A DNA stretch of 64,000 nt from a virus, in the IMG/VR virus record IMGVR_UViG_3300022682_000016, positions 26,313 to 90,312 of that record; one strand, given 5' to 3'. Under the pieces are notes generated by a model. The model had not been told where the DNA came from. It did no database searches and saw only the letters and a program-made list of their open reading frames with translations. This document shows positions 1 to 10,378 of the stretch, piece by piece. Position 1 is the stretch's first letter. Every line of letters begins with the position of its first letter. The position numbers and the translations under genes are program-made.

Positions 1-1
1 A

Positions 2-808
2 GATCTGTCAGCAATTGTTAAACTTTATGACTTAGAAGACGCATGGACAGATACTTGGGGTGCTTCTATGGGTTTGGATTTGTATAGGACGTTCCTTCCA
101 GAGACTAAAGGTGCTGAAAATATGGCTGAACAAATACATGCTGATTTAGCCAGCGAGTTTCCTCCAGATGTTATAATCATAGATTCTATAGCAGTTACAC
201 AGCCCACAAAGGTTCAGGAAAAAGAAATTAAAGACAGATCCATGAAAGACAATCTTGGCCGGTCAGACTTCCTAACAAAATTCTTTGACGGATTGGTAGA
301 TGGATTCTATTATCCAAGCGCTGGAAAAGACGGTAAGCTTCCAAAAGGTTCTAAGTTTATGAAGCTTAAATATACACCTACTACAATACTATGTGTTAAT
401 CATGCAAAACAACGGACAAAAGTAGCTGGTGGACGCACAATTACTGAATGGTATTCTGTAGGTGGAGTATCTTTAGATTTCCACGCATCTATCCAGTTAA
501 TGGTTAGGAGAGCTGGTTTTGAAAAGACCGGTACAGTTATTACACATCAAAAAGTCAGTGTTTCTGCTGATAAAAATAAAGTAGCTCCCCCAAAAAAAAG
601 TTGTGAGGTGCTGTTGTCCTTTAAAGGCGGTATGGAACAGGTAGGTATTATAAACTACTACGCTATGGCTGAGGATAAGGGTTTAGCCACAAAGAACGGT
701 GCTTGGATATCTTCTCACCTATTACCGGATGGGAAAATACAAGGTATTGAAAACTTTAATAAGTTTGTAGAAGAAAACGAAGATCTAAAAGATATCTTCA
801 CAAAATAG
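2..808 (+). CDS. recA: RecA/UvsX-like recombinase (5'-truncated by the window edge)
   Basis: The frame is open from nt 2 (DLSAIVKLYDLEDAW..GASMGLDL, like RecA IDAEHAL). It has Walker B IIIDSIA, the GGxSLDFHASIQL motif, and KNKVAPP. Confidence 0.85.
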   Translation, partial: DLSAIVKLYDLEDAWTDTWGASMGLDLYRTFLPETKGAENMAEQIHADLASEFPPDVIIIDSIAVTQPTKVQEKEIKDRSMKDNLGRSDFLTKFFDGLVDGFYYPSAGKDGKLPKGSKFMKLKYTPTTILCVNHAKQRTKVAGGRTITEWYSVGGVSLDFHASIQLMVRRAGFEKTGTVITHQKVSVSADKNKVAPPKKSCEVLLSFKGGMEQVGIINYYAMAEDKGLATKNGAWISSHLLPDGKIQGIENFNKFVEENEDLKDIFTK

Positions 809-817
809 GTAATTTAT

Positions 818-2248
818 ATGAACCAAAGTATTACTAAAAAATTCAGACCTAAAAAGTTTTCTCAAGTAGTTGGTCAACGAGCAAGCACGTCTCGTATCGT
901 AGCAGCAATTGAGAAAGGTGTACTCCCTCCAGCATATCTATTCCCAGGTGTTCGTGGCTGCGGTAAGACAACCACTGCTCGCCTAGTAGCCATGTCTTTG
1001 AATTGTTCTAATAGAGAGGGTGTAGAGCCTTGCGGAACCTGTGTGGATTGTCAGGATATTATTAATGATCGATCCAATTATCTAATAGAATTGGATGGGG
1101 CCAGTAAAGGTGGAATTGATAATGTCCGATCACTGCAAGACTCTTTACGATATATAGTTCCTGACGGCCACTATAAGATCGTTGTTATTGATGAGGCTCA
1201 TGGGTTATCTACTCAAGCTTGGAACGCTACCTTAAAGATAATTGAGGAACCGCCTAAAAATGTGTTATTTATATTCTGCACCACAGAAATTCAAAAAGTC
1301 ATTGGTACTGTAAAAAGCAGATGTGTGTCTATCCAATTTCCCGGTGTAAACGACGATGTTATAAAAAATAATATTAAGGAAATATGTGCTTCAGAAAATG
1401 TGGATATAGAAGACAAAGCTATTGATCTTATTGCTAAAGAAGCTTTTGGAAGCATTCGTGATGCCCAGTCTATTTTAGAAGGCTTTATCAGAATGGGCAG
1501 TATTACTGCTGAAACTGTAAAGACTGTCTACCAAACAATTGACCCCACAACTGTTATAACATACTTTAATAACATCTTGTCTAAGGATATTAAACAAGCA
1601 TCGAACATGGCTAAGGGTTGGATGAGAATGGGAGTAGGTCCAGAGAATATTATTACAGCTTTATTGGAACATGTTAGAAACATGATAATGGATTTTAAAG
1701 TAGAAGATAAAACTGTAAAAGGACTCTTAAAATCACAAAGGCAAAAGATTGGGGATGCCCAAGTAGTCTCTTGGATAAGCTTTTTCTACGACCAACTTAA
1801 GTTTGTTAGAGAATATCCTATGGAGTACAGCTTAGTTTTGGATCTAATCACTATTAGACTTATAGATTCCTTAAGTAAAAAGAGTACAACAAAAAGTACT
1901 CGTACAAGCTCTAAAAATGAATCTCCCAAAACCGAACTGAAAGAATCAGAAACTCCAAATTCCCCAAATATCCCAAGTCATGAAGAAGTTTCTGTAGAAG
2001 TTATTAATGATATCCCATTAGATAAAGAAAAGGTATTTAGCCTACAACGTGCCTGTGAAGGCATCATTATAGAAACATTACCCAATTTTAAACGCATGAC
2101 TCTTAGGAACGGTAAAGGAACTGTGTTTGATATTGTATCAACTCCAGATTATGTTAAGAGTAACTATTATATTCTAGGATCTGATTTAGACAATGTTATA
2201 AATAATTACCCTGAAGGAATGAACACTTTTATAAAAATAAACACTTAA
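818..2248 (+). CDS. dnaX: DNA polymerase III gamma/tau-like clamp loader subunit
   Basis: KFRPKKF..VVGQ, Walker A GVRGCGKTT, Zn motif LNC..EPCGTCVDC, Walker B IDEAH, SRC motif, GSIRDA. Confidence 0.95.
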   Translation: MNQSITKKFRPKKFSQVVGQRASTSRIVAAIEKGVLPPAYLFPGVRGCGKTTTARLVAMSLNCSNREGVEPCGTCVDCQDIINDRSNYLIELDGASKGGIDNVRSLQDSLRYIVPDGHYKIVVIDEAHGLSTQAWNATLKIIEEPPKNVLFIFCTTEIQKVIGTVKSRCVSIQFPGVNDDVIKNNIKEICASENVDIEDKAIDLIAKEAFGSIRDAQSILEGFIRMGSITAETVKTVYQTIDPTTVITYFNNILSKDIKQASNMAKGWMRMGVGPENIITALLEHVRNMIMDFKVEDKTVKGLLKSQRQKIGDAQVVSWISFFYDQLKFVREYPMEYSLVLDLITIRLIDSLSKKSTTKSTRTSSKNESPKTELKESETPNSPNIPSHEEVSVEVINDIPLDKEKVFSLQRACEGIIIETLPNFKRMTLRNGKGTVFDIVSTPDYVKSNYYILGSDLDNVINNYPEGMNTFIKINT

Positions 2249-2261
2249 GGAGAATTTAACC

Positions 2262-3425
2262 ATGGTCCGGATAAACGTACAAAAATCTGACTTGTCAGAA
2301 GCAGCTGTACTACTTTCTCAAGTAGCAAACCTAAAGTCTCTAGGCGCCCCTCCTTCAGAAAGTTCTAGTGTGTATCTAACACCAACTACAATGATGTTGA
2401 TGAATAACAATGAGGCTAACAGCATTGTTATTGAAAACATCCCTATTGAAGTTGTAGACGGTGATATTAACAACCATATTGACACTGCATACATGATTAA
2501 TACAAAAAAGTTTGCAAGTATTATCAAAGGCTCCAAATCAATAATTAATATCTTAGTTACTGAAGATAAAATTGCTATTGGAGAAGGTAGTCGAAGATTT
2601 GATTTATCTATCTTCTGCACAGCCAGAAAAGAACTTCCTGAAATTCAGTTCTTTGATTATTCAGTAGACATTTCTAAAGTAGTTAAAAACCTTTCAGATG
2701 CAGACACGATCACGGCAAAATCATCCAACATTACAGAGTTGTCAGGAACATTGTTTACCGGAAACCATATGTATGCCAGTGATCGTATCTCAGCACTTTT
2801 TGTTGAGAATGGGGGGCTATTTGAAGGTGCTCCAGAAGATCTTACCGATTTAGTAATATCTACAGATCTTTTCAGTACCTGTTTATCTAAAACTAAGGAA
2901 AAAGAAGCTTTGGTAGGTTTCACAAATGATCAGGAAAGAGTAGTTCTCCAATTCGGTAACGTCACAATTGCAAAGCGGTTAATAGCCTCAAAGTTTCCTA
3001 AAGAACAGATGGAAGTCGCAGTTAAAAATGTTAAAAAGGGTATAGAGAGTAATTCCTTATCAGCCACAATAAACATAAAAGACTTTATGAATAAACTTAA
3101 AGAGATTCGGGAAATTGTGGAATCTGATGAATATTTTATTAAGATTCATAAAGAAAATTATATTGCTATTGAGAATAGTAATATAAAAAGTGGGGCGGAT
3201 GGGCAAGTCATTATAGATGCCCAAGTAGTAATGGGTAATGAATTTGGGGAATTTATTGGTGGAAAGTTTGCGTTTGATCATTTAGATCTCTTTAGCAAAT
3301 TGTTCTCATCAGAAAAAGAGGTTGTCTTATTCTCAGCACCTGGAAAAGTTGGTGGGGATATTATTCCACAATATTTAGCTGCTGAAGCAGGTGGAAAAAT
3401 ATTTTTCTGTACTCCTAGATCATAA
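2262..3425 (+). CDS. dnaN: Divergent sliding clamp (DnaN beta-like)
   Basis: 387 aa, directly after dnaX. ELSG...YASDR and RLIASKFP resemble beta-clamp motifs (L.G...VATD..R; RLIEGKFP). Confidence 0.7.
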   Translation: MVRINVQKSDLSEAAVLLSQVANLKSLGAPPSESSSVYLTPTTMMLMNNNEANSIVIENIPIEVVDGDINNHIDTAYMINTKKFASIIKGSKSIINILVTEDKIAIGEGSRRFDLSIFCTARKELPEIQFFDYSVDISKVVKNLSDADTITAKSSNITELSGTLFTGNHMYASDRISALFVENGGLFEGAPEDLTDLVISTDLFSTCLSKTKEKEALVGFTNDQERVVLQFGNVTIAKRLIASKFPKEQMEVAVKNVKKGIESNSLSATINIKDFMNKLKEIREIVESDEYFIKIHKENYIAIENSNIKSGADGQVIIDAQVVMGNEFGEFIGGKFAFDHLDLFSKLFSSEKEVVLFSAPGKVGGDIIPQYLAAEAGGKIFFCTPRS

Positions 3426-3454
3426 TTGATTAAGAAAGCTCTTTAATTTTATAT

Positions 3455-3521
3455 AAAGGGTTGGGCAGATCAGTACTTAAGATATGTTGGGTTTCTTAAT
3501 ACATCTGCCCAATTCCTTTTT
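3455..3521 (+). terminator. Long intergenic hairpin followed by a T-run (terminator or regulatory leader of the polymerase gene)
   Basis: TTGGGCAGAT (3461-3470) pairs with ATCTGCCCAA (3503-3512), inner TTAAGA/TCTTAA, then CCTTTTT. Confidence 0.55.
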
Positions 3522-3555
3522 CAACTCACATTAATATACCCCACAGGAGAATTTA

Positions 3556-6093
3556 ATGGGTCATAATAACAAGCCTTTAGTAAATCCTAAAGGATGCACT
3601 TTATGTTCATTAAGAGACCGGCAACCAAATACTAAAATTGTTCCTGGGTATGGTAATCACAATGCGGATATAATGTTTGTATGCGAGGCTCCTGGAAGTT
3701 TAGAGGCCCAAATGGGTCTCCCCTTCGTAGGAAGATCTGGTGAAGTCTTAGACGAACTTTTAAATAATGTAGGCCTATCCAGAGAAAATGTTTACATATC
3801 AAATGTTTGTAAATGTTGGCCTTGGGCAATATCAGTCAATAAACGTACAGGTGCGGAATCTTTTACTAACAGAACGCCCACAAATGATGAGCTAAAGATT
3901 TGTTCCAGATACTTAAAGGAAGAGATAGCCCTTGTTAAACCAAAGATTATTATACCTTTGGGAAGTTCTGCCTTAACAGCTTTGGAAGGTAAAAAATCTA
4001 AAATATCTAATAGAGCCGGAATACCATCTATTTATAGCACTGGTGGGGAAAAAGTTACTAATCTTTATAAAAACAGTCTAAGAACCTATATGATTCCTAC
4101 CTACCATCCCTCATTCATTCTTCGTAATGGAGGTGTAAAATCTAGTGTTAGTAGTGAGATAACAGTAATAGCTTCCGAAGTAATTAGACACCTTAAAAAA
4201 GCAAAAGAGTTATCTGAAAATAAGGAACTATTTGTTGAACACCAATACCGAGTAGTAGATACTAGAGAAAAGTTGGAAAAAGTTATAAGTATTATAAAAT
4301 CCAGAAAAGTCATGTCCTTTGATATTGAAACTACTGGCTTAGAAATCAATGCTAAAATACTTGGTATTGGTATCGGTTTAGGTGTTGGAATCGCTTGTTA
4401 TGTGCCTTTTCTAGTGCGGCCATTTATGGGAGATAGTTTAGTGTCTTTTTGGGATGATAAGGGTATCACAAAGGATGAAGTAGTAGAACGCCTAAAAGAT
4501 TTGTTTGGCGATACATCTATCCAAATGTCGGCTCATAATGCCAAATTTGATATGAGAGGTTTAGAAAAAGACTTGGGCATAGTCGTTAAGGGTCTTTTTT
4601 GGGATTCTATGTGCAGTGCTTATCTTATAAATGAAAATTCACCAAATGCTTTAGATATTCTTAAGAATCAATACATTGATTTATTAGGGTATTCAGATGC
4701 TTTTAAACGAGAAACGGATAATGGTAAGAATGCTTCAAAAGCATCTTTAAAAACTATTTCCAATTACTGTTGTGGAGACTGTGACGCAACTTATAGATTA
4801 ACAAAAGAGCATATTGAATTATTTAAAACAAAACCGAACTTAATGAATCTCATGATAAATTTCTATGTACCCATAATGGAGTTTATTAAAGATTTTGAAT
4901 ATGTAGGTGTCGAGTATAATGTAGAAAAAGCTAAAAGTATGCGGGAAGAGTATGAAAAAAAGTCTCAAAAGATGCTTGAAGATATTTATAAACATGTTGG
5001 ATGTAGGTTTAATCCCAGCTCTAATGATGAGTTACCAAAAGTACTGTTTAATATCTTAGGCTTAAAACATAGTAAGAAAACTGAATCGGGCAAACAGTCC
5101 ACAGACTCTGCAGTACTTGAGGATTTATCTAAAGAGCATATTGTACCCAAATTGATTATAGATTATAGGCATTTTGAAAAGATGCGCTCAACATATATGG
5201 ACAGCTTTATAAGAGTTGCTGACGAAAATAACCGACTGCATCTAGCTACAAGTCCTATTGGAACTATTACTGGAAGGCCTTCGAGTAAGGGTTTAATGAA
5301 CATACCAAAAGAGTTAAAGATTAAGAGTCTGTTTCAACCAAGAAAAGGGTGCGCATTTGTTCAAGGCGATTTATCCCAAGCAGAGGTTAGGTGTTTTGCC
5401 CATTATGCAAATGAGGAGATACTGAGAGATGCGTATGAAAAAGGTACGGTAGATGTTCACTGCTTATTAGCTTCTGAAGCTAACAATATCCCCTATGAAG
5501 AATTTATTCAAAGATACAATAATGGGGATAAAGACGTTGCTTTTATGAGGCAGGCAGCCAAATCGTTAGTTTTTGGAATCCTTTACGGAAGAGGTGCAAA
5601 ATCTATCGCACTTCAGCTAGGAATAGAGGTCAATGAAGCAGAAGCATTTATGAAAAAGTTTTTTGACCGGTTTACTAATTGTGACGCTTGGATAAAGAAT
5701 ACTCATGAACTGGTACACAAAACTGGAGAAGTTATGAATATTTTCGGGCGTGTTCGACACATCCCCGGAATATTCTCCAACGACTCTAACATAGTGGCCC
5801 GATCTGAAAGGCAGTCTGTAAACTCTATTATTCAGTCTACTGCTTCTGATATTACAATGTATTCACTTATAGAAATGCATGAATTCCTTAAAAAAGAGGA
5901 CTTTGATGCCAATATCGTATTAACTGTTTATGACAGTATTATTGTTGAAACACCTCATGAACATGTAGATTTTATAAGTAATAAGCTTGTAGAAGTTATG
6001 GAAAGAAAGCGTCACCCAGATTTTAGTATCCGTATGAAGGCAGATGTTGATTTATACTCTGCTTGGGGTGTTCCATACAAAAACTCCGCTTAG
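3556..6093 (+). CDS. polA: Family A DNA polymerase with N-terminal family-4 uracil-DNA glycosylase domain and 3'-5' exonuclease
   Basis: UDG4: CTLC, CEAPG..E..G.PFVG, NVCKC, YHPS. Exo: SFDIET, HNAKFD, YCCGD. Pol: TGRPSS, DLSQAEVR, KSLVFGILYG, TVYDS. Confidence 0.95.
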   Translation: MGHNNKPLVNPKGCTLCSLRDRQPNTKIVPGYGNHNADIMFVCEAPGSLEAQMGLPFVGRSGEVLDELLNNVGLSRENVYISNVCKCWPWAISVNKRTGAESFTNRTPTNDELKICSRYLKEEIALVKPKIIIPLGSSALTALEGKKSKISNRAGIPSIYSTGGEKVTNLYKNSLRTYMIPTYHPSFILRNGGVKSSVSSEITVIASEVIRHLKKAKELSENKELFVEHQYRVVDTREKLEKVISIIKSRKVMSFDIETTGLEINAKILGIGIGLGVGIACYVPFLVRPFMGDSLVSFWDDKGITKDEVVERLKDLFGDTSIQMSAHNAKFDMRGLEKDLGIVVKGLFWDSMCSAYLINENSPNALDILKNQYIDLLGYSDAFKRETDNGKNASKASLKTISNYCCGDCDATYRLTKEHIELFKTKPNLMNLMINFYVPIMEFIKDFEYVGVEYNVEKAKSMREEYEKKSQKMLEDIYKHVGCRFNPSSNDELPKVLFNILGLKHSKKTESGKQSTDSAVLEDLSKEHIVPKLIIDYRHFEKMRSTYMDSFIRVADENNRLHLATSPIGTITGRPSSKGLMNIPKELKIKSLFQPRKGCAFVQGDLSQAEVRCFAHYANEEILRDAYEKGTVDVHCLLASEANNIPYEEFIQRYNNGDKDVAFMRQAAKSLVFGILYGRGAKSIALQLGIEVNEAEAFMKKFFDRFTNCDAWIKNTHELVHKTGEVMNIFGRVRHIPGIFSNDSNIVARSERQSVNSIIQSTASDITMYSLIEMHEFLKKEDFDANIVLTVYDSIIVETPHEHVDFISNKLVEVMERKRHPDFSIRMKADVDLYSAWGVPYKNSA

Positions 6094-6103
6094 GAATGTT
6101 ATA

Positions 6104-6133
6104 TTGACAAGAATGTTTTTATTTTTTTATTTT
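6104..6133 (+). promoter_or_regulatory. sigma70-type promoter upstream of infA
   Basis: TTGACA (6104-6109), 18 nt spacer, TATTTT (6128-6133). Confidence 0.55.
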
Positions 6134-6140
6134 TGTTTAC

Positions 6141-6353
6141 ATGGCTAAAGAAGATCTCATTAAACTAGAAGGTAAGGTTATTGAAACCAAACCAAACATG
6201 TTTGTTATCGAATTAGATAACGGGCATAAAGTCTTAGGAACGCTGTCTGGAAAGATGCGCATGAACTTTATAAAAATAGTTCCTGGCGATACGGTTTGTG
6301 TAGAAGTGTCTCCATATGATCTTACCCGTGGTCGCATAACTTACCGAAAATAA
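6141..6353 (+). CDS. infA: Translation initiation factor IF-1
   Basis: MAKED.I.LEG.V.E..PN.F..ELDNGH.V...[26 protein letters not shown] is canonical IF-1. Confidence 0.97.
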   Translation: MAKEDLIKLEGKVIETKPNMFVIELDNGHKVLGTLSGKMRMNFIKIVPGDTVCVEVSPYDLTRGRITYRK

Positions 6354-6378
6354 TTCTTCAACAAAGGATGAACTGACA

Positions 6379-7518
6379 ATGGCTGAAGAATCCAAAAAAG
6401 CACTGGTGGCTAGACTAGTTGCTATAGGAGACCCGCATCTGCGCAGAACTGACCCATTAGGGGTTGTGGGTCCGGATGGTCGTAATACCCGTCTTAAAGA
6501 CAAATTGTCCGCATTAAAAGGTATCATAGATTATTCCATAGCTAATAACGCTACTCACATAATCTTTTTAGGTGATATTTTCGATTCTATTAACCCCCCG
6601 GACTGGTTAAAGAGATTGTTTTGGGAAACAGTTCTACCAGCCTACAAAAAGGGAATAAAGATACGAATAATTATCGGTAACCATGACCGAACAGAAAGTG
6701 ATAATTACAACTTTGCTTCTGACAATGTTATCTTACCTGAGAATATCCTTATCATACCTCATGAATCAATGGTTGAAAATATTCCTTTATCTGATAGAGA
6801 CCAGCCTTTTACAATAAAATATATTCCATATAAGAATAAAGGCGAAATAGAAGAAGATCTTAAATCACCTACAGATGCTACATTCGGACACTTTGAAATA
6901 GCCGGTGCGCAATTGGCACCAGACAATACAAAGATTCGTCACGGTATCGATGCTAAGGCTGTTCAGAGTAGACTTACTTGGTTAGGTCACATTCATAAAT
7001 TTCAAGAGTTTAGACCGGGATTCGCATTTATAGGTTCAACAGTTAAATGTGATTTTGGAGAAGTAAATAATCAAAAAGTTTTTGGGAAGTTGGATGTATT
7101 TTCTAATGGACAGATGAAACTCCAATATAATGAAATACCTCAAAGACCTATGTATCAATACGAAATCCATGAAGATGATCCAGATAATCTTTATATATCT
7201 GAACGAATACCTAAAGAGCTTACAGAAGAAGGTATTCTAATAAAATTTATATTTGTTGGGTCTCCTCAATGGATAAAATCTATAAACAAGGCAAAGTTTA
7301 CTAAGCGGTTTAAAAACGCTGTACGAGTAGTCACCAGTGACCGTAGATTAGATGTTGATCGGGTTGATACTGGTTTGGAGCACTCCTCAACAAAGATGGA
7401 AGACCGAGTACATATGTATGTTAAAGAGAAGAAAAAAGGAAAAGAATACCTTACCTCTGGTCTTGAAATTGTTAAAATTGCCCAAGAATTAGCTGAGGAG
7501 TCCGAAAATGAGGCTTAA
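6379..7518 (+). CDS. sbcD: SbcD/Mre11-like metallophosphoesterase nuclease
   Basis: GDPH, LGDIFD, GNHD, GHF, GHIH motifs; adjacent to SbcC. Confidence 0.9.
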   Translation: MAEESKKALVARLVAIGDPHLRRTDPLGVVGPDGRNTRLKDKLSALKGIIDYSIANNATHIIFLGDIFDSINPPDWLKRLFWETVLPAYKKGIKIRIIIGNHDRTESDNYNFASDNVILPENILIIPHESMVENIPLSDRDQPFTIKYIPYKNKGEIEEDLKSPTDATFGHFEIAGAQLAPDNTKIRHGIDAKAVQSRLTWLGHIHKFQEFRPGFAFIGSTVKCDFGEVNNQKVFGKLDVFSNGQMKLQYNEIPQRPMYQYEIHEDDPDNLYISERIPKELTEEGILIKFIFVGSPQWIKSINKAKFTKRFKNAVRVVTSDRRLDVDRVDTGLEHSSTKMEDRVHMYVKEKKKGKEYLTSGLEIVKIAQELAEESENEA

Positions 7519-9691
7519 AAATTTAGTCATAAATAACTTATACAGTTTTGGGGAAGGGGTTCTCTTCACATTTGTTTATAATGAAGAAAACTCAAAGACT
7601 CTTATTGTTGGTCAAAACAATGACGAATCAGGTGCAGACAGTAATGGTGCTGGAAAATCAAACACACTTAACGTTATTTTCTGGACCATAATTGGGGAAG
7701 TTTTCCAAAAAGAAAATGCTGATGACATTATACGTCGAGGAAAAAAGTCAGGGTCTGCAAAGTTAACCCTATTGGATGATAATGGTAAGGAATTGGTCAT
7801 TGAGCGTGGACGTGGGAAAGGTACTAAAAAATTTCTGAAGTTGTCCTATAATGGAGATAACAGAACATGTGATACAGACACCGCAACTCAGGCAGAACTT
7901 TTTAAACTTCTAAACATATCCCCAACATTAAAGGTATCTGAAGTCATCAACGACTTTGTAAATACTTGTTATTTCAGTTCCGACACTGTGAAAGGATTCA
8001 TGGCTAAGGAAGTAAAATCTAAGCAAAGATTTGAAATTATTGAGCGGTACCTTGGTCTGAAAAGATACTCCTATGCTTCTGAAGATGCTAAGAAAAAAAA
8101 GTCAGAAATACTTGCTAAGATAAATCCAATATTGGAAGATATTGCCCATAAACAAGAGTTCCTGACTAACAATCCTACAGCTGACTTGGAACAGCAAATT
8201 ATTGAAAAAGAGTCAGAAAAATCTAAACTAACCTCTGAGCTTGATTCGGTAACTAAGATGTTGGACAGTGTTCGGCAAAGGACGGAACTTGAAACATTAC
8301 TAGCTTCTAAGAACACCTTATTAGATACTACACGTTCCGGATTTGTCAGCCAGCTTCAAAATATGAAGAATGAAGTGGCCACATACGATGCTAATATTCA
8401 ACAAGCTAATGAAGCTGTCGAAACGTACAATAAAGAAAAAGAGGTTCTGGATAAAGCCGTAATAGCTATTACAGATGTAAAAATCAATCAGCAAGCAATA
8501 AATACTGAAATTTCTAATATAAACTCTGAAGTTATGAAGCTCAATTCCACTATTGGTGGATTAAATAACAATATACATAACATTAAAGGACAGCTTGCCA
8601 ATCATTATACCTGTCCAAAATGTAAATCAGCATTAATGTTAACTAACGATAAATTAGAAAATGTGGATGTTGATGCGTTGGCAAAGCAGTTAGTGGATTT
8701 AGAGAATAAAAGACTACAAATTTCAAACACTATTAAAGAACATCAGGAAAAGGTCCAGAACCTTACCCAACAGTCTAATGATCTTAATAACCAAATACAA
8801 AAAGTTTCTCACCAAGAAGCCGCATTTAAAAATTTACCCACACCTGACCAGTTAAAAACTGTTATTGATAATAACAATTTTAATAAAGACGAGGCTGTTA
8901 CGAAGTATAACAATACAGTAACCCATGCAGAAACTACAGTTGGTGCCTTAAAAAAGGAAATTGAGGATCTCACTGTAAAAGTAGATGCTTTAGGTAAGTC
9001 TGAAATGGGTGTCCCGGCAGTGACTGCCCAATCAGAAAAATTAAAGGGGGATATAAATACTATTCTTACAGATACTGGAAGGCTTACTGAACGTATTACC
9101 CACATTAATAAAACCTCTGAGGAGATTGAAAAGCTACAAAAGAACGTCTCCAAAAATAAAGCACTTGCAGACATGTATGGTTTCTGGGAAATTGGCTTTA
9201 GACAGATAAAGATGAATATCATAGATGAGTTCTTACCAGATTTTGAAGCTAAGGTGAATGACTATTTAGAACGTCTCAAAGTTAATATGAGTGTAGAGTT
9301 CGGAACACAGAAACGAAAAGCAAATGTCAGCAAAAAGGACATTGCTGAGGGCCGAGAGTTTAAAGAGGAATTTAATGTCACTGTTTATCGTGGAGAAGAA
9401 CTGCTGCCCTTCGGACTGTTATCTAAGGGACAACGTAGTCGAGTAGGATCTTGTGTAGGTATGGCACTTAGAGAAATGACAAAGGAACGAGGAAACAATC
9501 TATTCGACTTTTTCTTCTTAGATGAAATTGCAGATGCTTTAGATGAGAGTGGTCTTAGAGAATTGGTATCACTACTTGATGAAGTTCCTGGACAGAAATT
9601 GGTTATAAGTCATAATGAAGGGCTTAAAAACCTTATAGAAGATACTCTGACTGTCGAAATGACTAACGGTATCTCTACTGTTCAAAACTAA
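7508..9691 (+). CDS. sbcC: SbcC/Rad50-like SMC ATPase
   Basis: Walker A SNGAGKS, coiled coils with central zinc hook CPKC, signature LSKGQ, Walker B FFFLDE, ISH. Confidence 0.92.
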   Translation: MRLKNLVINNLYSFGEGVLFTFVYNEENSKTLIVGQNNDESGADSNGAGKSNTLNVIFWTIIGEVFQKENADDIIRRGKKSGSAKLTLLDDNGKELVIERGRGKGTKKFLKLSYNGDNRTCDTDTATQAELFKLLNISPTLKVSEVINDFVNTCYFSSDTVKGFMAKEVKSKQRFEIIERYLGLKRYSYASEDAKKKKSEILAKINPILEDIAHKQEFLTNNPTADLEQQIIEKESEKSKLTSELDSVTKMLDSVRQRTELETLLASKNTLLDTTRSGFVSQLQNMKNEVATYDANIQQANEAVETYNKEKEVLDKAVIAITDVKINQQAINTEISNINSEVMKLNSTIGGLNNNIHNIKGQLANHYTCPKCKSALMLTNDKLENVDVDALAKQLVDLENKRLQISNTIKEHQEKVQNLTQQSNDLNNQIQKVSHQEAAFKNLPTPDQLKTVIDNNNFNKDEAVTKYNNTVTHAETTVGALKKEIEDLTVKVDALGKSEMGVPAVTAQSEKLKGDINTILTDTGRLTERITHINKTSEEIEKLQKNVSKNKALADMYGFWEIGFRQIKMNIIDEFLPDFEAKVNDYLERLKVNMSVEFGTQKRKANVSKKDIAEGREFKEEFNVTVYRGEELLPFGLLSKGQRSRVGSCVGMALREMTKERGNNLFDFFFLDEIADALDESGLRELVSLLDEVPGQKLVISHNEGLKNLIEDTLTVEMTNGISTVQN

Positions 9692-9711
9692 GCTATTTTT
9701 GGGATTAAAAA

Positions 9712-10065
9712 ATGACCAATACCCGTTTAAGTACTCAGCAAATAACCGATATACTTATGTTGGTCAGTTCCCAAAATGGTGATGAAGTGATATCTTATAT
9801 TAATAAAATACTAAGCAAGGCCAGTACCGGTTTAGACACCTGCGCCAGACCATTAGCTATTCGTAGTAAAGATGATCAAAAACATGAGTGTTTTGCTGTA
9901 GGCTATTTAGAAAAGATACACGAATTTATCTGTGAAACCGATAAACGCTGTTCAAAAGAAGACACTATTAAAAAAACTATTGAATATATAAATAAGCTGA
10001 TCATTGAGATAGGCGCTTTCTTTACGGTACTTAAAGGCGGGTTTAGTGAACATTCACGAAGATAA
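9712..10065 (+). CDS. Hypothetical protein
   Basis: 117-aa ORF tightly packed in the operon. Confidence 0.55.
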   Translation: MTNTRLSTQQITDILMLVSSQNGDEVISYINKILSKASTGLDTCARPLAIRSKDDQKHECFAVGYLEKIHEFICETDKRCSKEDTIKKTIEYINKLIIEIGAFFTVLKGGFSEHSRR

Positions 10066-10378
10066 AAACGCTACTAGGTACACAATCCTCTTTGATAAGA
10101 AGTTGTATACAGCTATCAGGTCACAAGCTACTATTGAAAATCTAAAAGGGTACCAATATATAAATAAGGTATTAGCAGAAGCTTTGGGCAGGGATGTTCC
10201 AGAGTATATGATGCCCAAACATAATCGTAATAAAAAAGAAACCAAAACAAAGATCCATGATAAAGAACCTGTACAAAAGACAGATGAAAAGACGGATGAT
10301 CGGAAAGAAGCAGAAATAGACCAAAATGAAAGATTACAAAAGAACTATTTAGTACTTGGTGAAGAACAAATATTATGA
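10046..10378 (+). CDS. Putative ribbon-helix-helix DNA-binding protein
   Basis: RYTILFDKKLYTAIR...YINKVLAEAL fits the strand-helix-helix pattern; GTG start. Confidence 0.5.
   Translation: MNIHEDKNATRYTILFDKKLYTAIRSQATIENLKGYQYINKVLAEALGRDVPEYMMPKHNRNKKETKTKIHDKEPVQKTDEKTDDRKEAEIDQNERLQKNYLVLGEEQIL

Noticed and set aside
1870-1900. Possible dnaX gamma/tau -1 frameshift site
   Set aside because: The runs are T AAA AAG and A AAA AGT, not the canonical A AAA AAG, and no clear stimulatory hairpin is present.
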